Part shown: positions 57,962 through 64,000 of the stretch, one piece after another
Layout: each line of letters begins with the position of its first letter
Position numbering within the stretch: the stretch's first letter is position 1
Assembly: GCA_964036045.1 (NCBI GenBank)
Contig: OZ038379.1
Span: forward strand, 39,122,001-39,186,000
Direction of reading: 5' to 3'
DNA: 64,000 nt
Origin: Eutreptiella sp. 'Long Island Sound 2002'
Taxonomy: Eukaryota > Protista > Euglenida
Program-made: the position numbers and the translations under genes
The notes under the pieces: model-generated
The model's input: only the letters and a program-made list of their open reading frames with translations
Told to the model about the DNA's origin: nothing
Databases searched by the model: none

Positions 57962-58359
57962 TTGGAGTTGCAAAAAGTGAAGGAGTTTGATGATGTTCTG
58001 GTTGTCGGGGCCGGCTATATCCGCGCGACCTATGACAGGCGGCAACATTGGCACCTGGATTGCCCCTAGACACAGAACACTCAAGGCAAAGCGTTCTCCG
58101 CGTTTGTGCGGTGCAACGTGGATGTTCCCGCCGATGCCTGTTGTGGTTGATGCGTGCCGTTGTCCCATGAGGGGGTGCCGAAGCCCATGTACTAGTACCC
58201 GCCGGACATGGAGTTTGGGGATATGGTGTATTCACGTCGGAGTGGATCCACTGTGGTGGAGCCGTTCTGGTTGGACTAGCTGCAGGCACTCCTCGGGTCA
58301 TTGCCTTCTTCGCGCTAGCCAATTATATCTACAATATTACTACACCCCTCTCCCCTTAA
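57962..58359 (+). pseudogene. PhyH-like 2OG-Fe(II) dioxygenase domain relic
   Basis: RQHWHLD (HxD), AFSAFV, CVPLSH, FGDMV, a 1-nt frameshift, then FTSEWIHCGG (distal H) and TPRVIAFF (R). Stops are present at 57959 and at three points inside. Confidence 0.6.
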
Positions 58360-59059
58360 ATCTAGCTAACAAGCAACAAGCAAGCAAGGAACAAACAAGA
58401 ACCAAGCACTTCTCCTTTCCCTTTGGCCATTGCTCAGCGTCATCACTCCGGCCTCTATTGTAGTGTAGCCATCCTAGAGCCCAGGTAGTGCCTTTGCCAA
58501 ATTCAAGGTTTGAGCCAAAATCTGAGTGGTGGCGCCCCGGGGCGGGGGGGGGCTAGTCGGCAGGTGGCCTCCCAAAGCAGCACATTTTGTGCCCCAAAAT
58601 AGCCTTTTTGGCCCAAAACGGCCCCAAATCCCACTCAGAAACGGCCAAATGAAGGGAATGAGTAGCTACATTCCATGTGCGCCTTCACTTCCTCGTGAAA
58701 CAGAGTCTTTTCTTGCCCTCTACCTCCAGGATATGTCCCAGAATCAGCCCAAAAATGGCTAAAAATGGCGCAAAATGTGCGAAGCTAGTGTCAAGGAGCC
58801 CCAAAACCAAGAACGGGCCGTATCTTGGCCTCCGTGGCTCAAATCTGAATTCCAAGGGCAGGTAGTCCTCCCTCAACCCCCAACTTTTTGCGGCTTTCAA
58901 GCCTCAGGTTTGCCCCACAAAACGCGTAGGCCCTTGTACCAGTGGTCACTTCGTGGAGCCATAGGGCAGCCCAGCCCGCACACGGTGGGGGCCAACGGTC
59001 GGTCCACCAAGGTCCCCGAGGCGACAAAAATCATTTGTTTCCAACGTTGTTCCTATACG

Positions 59060-59320
59060 AGTTGGAATGCTCAAACAAGTGTTTTGAGCCTGTTTTGAGC
59101 TCGTGGTGACACTTTTTGGCCCATGGAAAGTTTCAAAATGCCTTGAAAATGGGACGTTTTTGGGACCAAGAATGGGTCAAAACTGGGTCAAAAACGCATT
59201 GTTTCAAAAGTGATCCTTGACCATTGACGGTGCTCAAACAAGTGTTTGTAGCCCATTTTGAGCCCGTGGTGACGCGTTTTGGCCCATGGAAAATCCCAAA
59301 ATTTCTTGAAAAGGATGTAG
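59060..59320. repeat. Degenerate direct duplication (~165-bp offset)
   Basis: gctcaaacaagtgttt..ttttgagcYcgtggtgacRc.tttggcccatggaaa..caaaat..cttgaaaa occurs at ~59069 and ~59232. Confidence 0.7.
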
Positions 59321-62300
59321 ACGAGTACTTGTGCGCATGCCAACAGGTAGCTGTCGGTAGCTCTGGTGCGGTGACATCACGTTTCGATTTGTGGTTTCGG
59401 ATTGAATACGGACACTATGCGCTTAGCTGGAAGGGGTGCTAGAAGGGGTTCCAACGCTCGAAGGGTTGCTGGAAGCGGGGGTTTCCAGCGGTGGAAGGGA
59501 GGGGGGTTCCAGCGATGGAAGGGCGTTTCCAGCAGGGGTTCCAGCAGGGGTTCCATCACTCGAAGGGGGTTCCAGCATTAACGTGAAGGGGTTCTAGCCC
59601 CACTATATGACTGCATTGTTTATTTATCAACTTCCTTTTGTGCCCCAGGCCACGCTAGACATCTACGCGTTGCTATTTCTAGCGGACGGGACTGGCATGC
59701 GATGAAGCGGAGGTGATCTCAAAGGTCAAGATTTCGGTAAACGGTATGGTTGCGAAGCCAAAGGTTGTGACGGCAGTGATTGGTGGGGAGGTGGAGACCA
59801 AGCCAATAACGTGGCCGGCAATTGCGGGTTTGAGTTCGGAGCATTGGTCCAAAAGTTTGTTTTTGAAGGGCAAGACTAATTGGTACGGATGCCTAAGTTT
59901 GCGGGTTAAAAGACAGCCACCGCACTTGTTGGTACTCCGTTTGCATTTGCTTATCACAGGAGATGAGAAACGGTCAGAACAAGAGTTATTTTTGTGTGCT
60001 AGTGCCACAACATAGGCACACAGATCATACACCTACCAGCTGTGGGATGCTTTACCACGTGATTGGAATTTTTGGCACTCCTTGAAGTGGTTTGCCAATG
60101 TGGACGGAGCCCTTGGAAGGTTTGGCAGTCGTTAAAGCGTTTTGATGGTGTGGGTGGAGCCCGTGTTCATGCAGAATTTGAGACCCGTGTGGATGAGTGG
60201 GTGGCTGAGCGGGTGGCGGAGCCGTTGCAAGGGCGGGGCCGCAAGCTTGACCCCTTGGTTGTCGAGGAGGAGTCCGCAGAGCGTGCTGAAGGTGCCCCTA
60301 AGCGTAAGACGGGCGTGAAGGTAGAGGGCAAGCCCGCAAACGTCCCAAGCAAGCCCACCCCAGGGCCAAGCCCGACAAGCCCACACCCATCGTCAGCCCC
60401 CCCCCCCTTTGCCGACCCCCGCCCCCATTCCCTTTCCCCTGGAGGAAGCAGCGTGGGGCTTTTTTGGTGGCCTCGTGCGCACCTTGGAGGGAAACGTGCA
60501 AACCACAGTGAGAGATATATTGCCTGTTCGCCGTGCATGAGATGCTGTAGGGAAAATCAGTAGCTAGGGCGAGCTGTGAGCTGCATAAGCTTCAGGGGGA
60601 GCTCGTTGTAGCTGAGAGTCAAGTAAAGGCCGCAGAGAAGCGAGCACAGGAGCTCGAGGAGACACCGGAGGACACCAAAGGATAAAAGGTAGAGGTACAG
60701 GGCGAATTGAACATGCGAGAGAAGTGGGAGGAAGGGAAGGACTGGTCCGACAAGTACCTCTCCATTTTGGGGAAGCTGAAGTGAAGAATGTTCGCCTCCT
60801 CTGAGTGGGTGCAGATATATAAGGCATGTTGTGCATTGTGCCATATGTGGGCCATTTGAGATGCGGACTGATTCATGCCAAAACAGATACGCGAAAATCT
60901 CCTTCGTGCAAAGCGTGCCACGGGACAGGGACCATGGTAACTGCTTGTAAATGATGCATGAGGTGGTACTTCTTGTCACTGTTGGAAAGGTCGCTAGAAG
61001 GGGTTTTTAGTGCTAGAAAGGGTGGTTTGAGCACTAGAAGGAGGTTCCAGCAGGGGTTGTAGCACTGGAACGGGGTTTTAGCGGGGGTTCCAACGCCCAT
61101 TCTTGGTCTCTAGGTTTCTTAAATGTACAAGGCGGTGACACGGTTTACGCAAGCAGTGCCCCCCCCTAGCGGCCTATCCGCAACTCAAGGACCGTGCACG
61201 ACGTGAGGGGCGCGTGCACATTGCCACAGCCCTAGCAGCTCTTCTCGTGGAGGGCACGCCACTAGTTGAATTCACTCGGGATGGGCTTTTCATCCGTAGT
61301 AGCATGGACGTTGAGGGGGAGGATAGCCAAGCGTGTTAGGCTGCAGTTCGGGTGTGGAAGTACGCCATGGAGTCCAACTCCTCGATCGAGGAAACGTTGA
61401 GGTTGCCACGGTAATGCACGCAACGCAACCTTCGCGACGCGCGAACCCGCTTGACACCGCACACGGCAGAGACACTCAGTATCAACGAGGGGTCCATGCA
61501 CCCGAGGATTGCAGCTGTGACATAGTTGAGCGATGTCGTGGTAAACCAAGTTCAATTGGCTATGGCCGAGGGCAATTATAAACATAACCGGACAGACAAA
61601 TGCATCTAGGTGGTTGTGGTGCCCGATGCATCTCCTTTGTAGAAAACTAGGGTTTCAAAACCGCACGTGTTTGTCTATGTTTGGGGGGAGGGCATGAAAG
61701 CTGCGGGATACATTGCCCTTTGGGCAATGTAGTAGTGCATGCACGGGCCAGCTGATGTTGGATGTCTCCTAGTTGTGGACGGCATAGGCCAACTCAATGA
61801 ACAAGTGGTTGTGTTGCAAAGGGACACCACATTTTTCATTGATGGCTAGTCTTGGGGGTTCGTGGTGTTCCTCTCTTGGGATGCCAAGTTCATAGCCGTA
61901 ACAAACTGCGGGCAAAATTTTTGGTGTTGTGACGATGTTACTATTTTCCGTCGATAGGACCATGTCTTTGAACACGTTCGTTGGGGCTCCTTCTTGCGGA
62001 GTATCAAGGTGGACCGTCGGGTGGGAGACGTGGTGCATGGTGCTTGCCGTGTCACACACGCTTCCAACAAGCGATTATGTGATGATATTATCCGGTGGTT
62101 TGTTGGGGTAGTTGGCCAACGTGCCCGTGCATGTCATGAAATCTGGGCTGACTTATTGCATGAGGCTCGCTCTATTCTAGCGGCGGAGTGAAAGGACCTT
62201 TTGCATCGAAAGACAAAGCAAGGAACCTTTAACATTAGCACGGCCCGACTTTTTTGGGCGGGCACGCAATTTAACAACGGCTCATGTTAGCCCTCCTGAC

Positions 62301-62849
62301 GCACTTTCCAACTATTATTTGCAATGGTGTATTTATGTATGTTTTCGTTGCCACTTTTTTGCGCGATTTTGGTGGTCTTCAAAGACTAAAAAAGAACCTT
62401 GTACTCACATTGAGGTGGCCTCTGCCAAACTTTTGTGTGCAAGCATTGGTACATGTTGGGAGAAATTGGGGCGGAAGGCCACTCCATGGGTCCATTGGAC
62501 TGTCGCCCATTCCCACTACTTCCTTACCAAACATCCCACTTTATATCTATTCTCGAGTGTACCTGCCGAACACCGGCAACGCCGTTTTACGATGCAGGTG
62601 AAAAACTCCATACATGGATGGTCGATCCGAAAGCCACGGGTGTCGAAATGAGGTATGCGCCATGTGCTAAACATGGAGACTATGCGAATTGGCTTGCGGC
62701 ACTACATTGCACGCAAGGGCTGTGCACTGTTGAAAAGACAACGGAACTACAAGGACATTGTCCTGCACTGATGAGTTGAGTTGTAATGCGTTTTTTGGAC
62801 ATTTGTACCCTTTGTTACCCGCACCTTTAAATGAACATGCGCATGGTCG

Positions 62850-64000
62850 ACCACCCCCGATGAGACCTTGGCTCACAAGTACTCCGAAAGGCATGCAGAC
62901 GGTGCAGCAGGCAGCGTATGCGCTTCCTCGAAATCCGCGACCGCTAATAAGCAACCCTGATAGCGTCGAGTGGTCCTGGACGCCCAGCTGCGCATGGCCA
63001 CGGTTGCCGGGTCGTCCGGGCGAACACCGGAAGGGGCAGCCGTCCACGCCAATGCTGCCGCACGAAAGATTCCGCCAGCCATGGTCTCCGGCACGGTGAC
63101 GACTCGCCCGACCCCCTCTCCGGGCCTGACTCCAAAGGAACCTCGGGCCCAACTCCAGGCCCCCGTTCCTGGAGCTCAGGACGAGTTAGGGCACTCGAAG
63201 TGCTAGTGCCTGGCCGGCTCCTCGTTGAGGCCCAATACCAGGCAGCGCTTGCAAGGCTGCAACGCCACAGCCGTCTCGGGCACGCAAGAGCCTTTGGCCG
63301 TCCGCCAGTGCAACACCCAGCCCCTGCTGTCAAACTTGATACCTTTGTACGTAAAGTTGTCCCCACCTTGGTTCCGGGCGTCCCGCCAATCGAGGCCGTC
63401 CAGTGGGTTGGTCGCTTGAGAGGCAGAAAGCGCGGCAGGGTCGGCATACTTTTCCGTGTAGGCCTTCTGGGACTCGACCAACATTGACCACATCCAATAC
63501 GCCAGTCGATCCTCGGGATCAGCCCCCGCCGCCGACCCTGCCAACCGGCTGGGCGACAGGCCTCTCCGCTGCCTTGACGTAGTCGCTCGAGGCGTCCCCA
63601 CATTGCGGCTTCCAAGACGCAAGTTTCGGCTTAGCCATCCGCTCAGTGACCGCTGTGGCTGTCAACTCCGGCACTAGTGACTTGTCGTTGACGCTGAGCT
63701 CGTCCAGCTTCATCTCCAGAGAGACCAGCGCCGCCTGTTGCTGCGCCAGCAGCGCACGCATCTGGGCTGGGGACACATTGGCCACGTCTTGGCCGTCGGA
63801 TCCAGAGCTACCGCCACACTTATTGGCCGTCTTCGCAGGCGACGAGGTGAAAGTAAACATGGTGCACACAAATAGAAATTTCGCAGAACTGTAGTAGAGA
63901 CACAGATGGGGTTGTGAACTACTCTCCGCCCAGAAAACCAGGGGCCGACAGGAGAACTCCCCCTCTGCCATCACAGCCCGCTGCTGCCACTGGGGCTGGG
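62850..64000 (-). mobile_element. Second, diverged YR retrotransposon fragment (gag + YR N-terminus), decayed and truncated
   Basis: PCKRC..ARH*HFECPNSS* matches the gag knuckle ACRAC..RHWFHECPGFD*. AMRSWASRTTRRYQ..LSEYL matches YR N-terminal ASSWAKSTMGTY..CRYIF. Confidence 0.7.

Larger units (their letters stand above)
56865..61100. repeat. Three clusters of a ggggttccagc-type minisatellite (56865-56965, 59420-59620, 60985-61100)
   Basis: Degenerate units of aggggttccagc / aagggggttccagc. Confidence 0.75.

Overview
This is eukaryotic, GC-rich, repeat-dominated DNA with canonical GT-AG introns. I find no rRNA, no functional tRNA and no CRISPR array. The host may be a euglenozoan-like protist; this is an inference from the VIPER/TATE-type retroelement layout and TTAGGG-type repeats only. 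Main contents: (1) Five copies or fragments of a TIR DNA transposon family whose spliced transposase aligns motif-by-motif with the RAG1/Transib catalytic core. The copy at 48241-53391 has an open ~656-aa spliced ORF, non-RSS termini, no RAG1-type zinc cysteines and a conserved second gene with a Tudor-like domain. (2) A structurally complete tyrosine-recombinase (YR) retrotransposon at 15546-21919 with split direct repeats, gag-YR-RT/RNaseH order and an extra Arg-rich ORF. A second, diverged, truncated YR element lies at the right edge, and both put the YR in frame behind the gag UGA. (3) A ~149-bp satellite in three blocks, split by a decayed ~10.5-kb APE-type LINE that carries a degenerate 2A-like motif and a telomere-repeat-bearing MITE. 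(4) Deep nesting of elements, a PhyH-like 2OG-Fe(II) dioxygenase pseudogene and an isolated RanBP2 zinc-finger exon. All family assignments come from motifs and alignments done by eye; no database searches were run.
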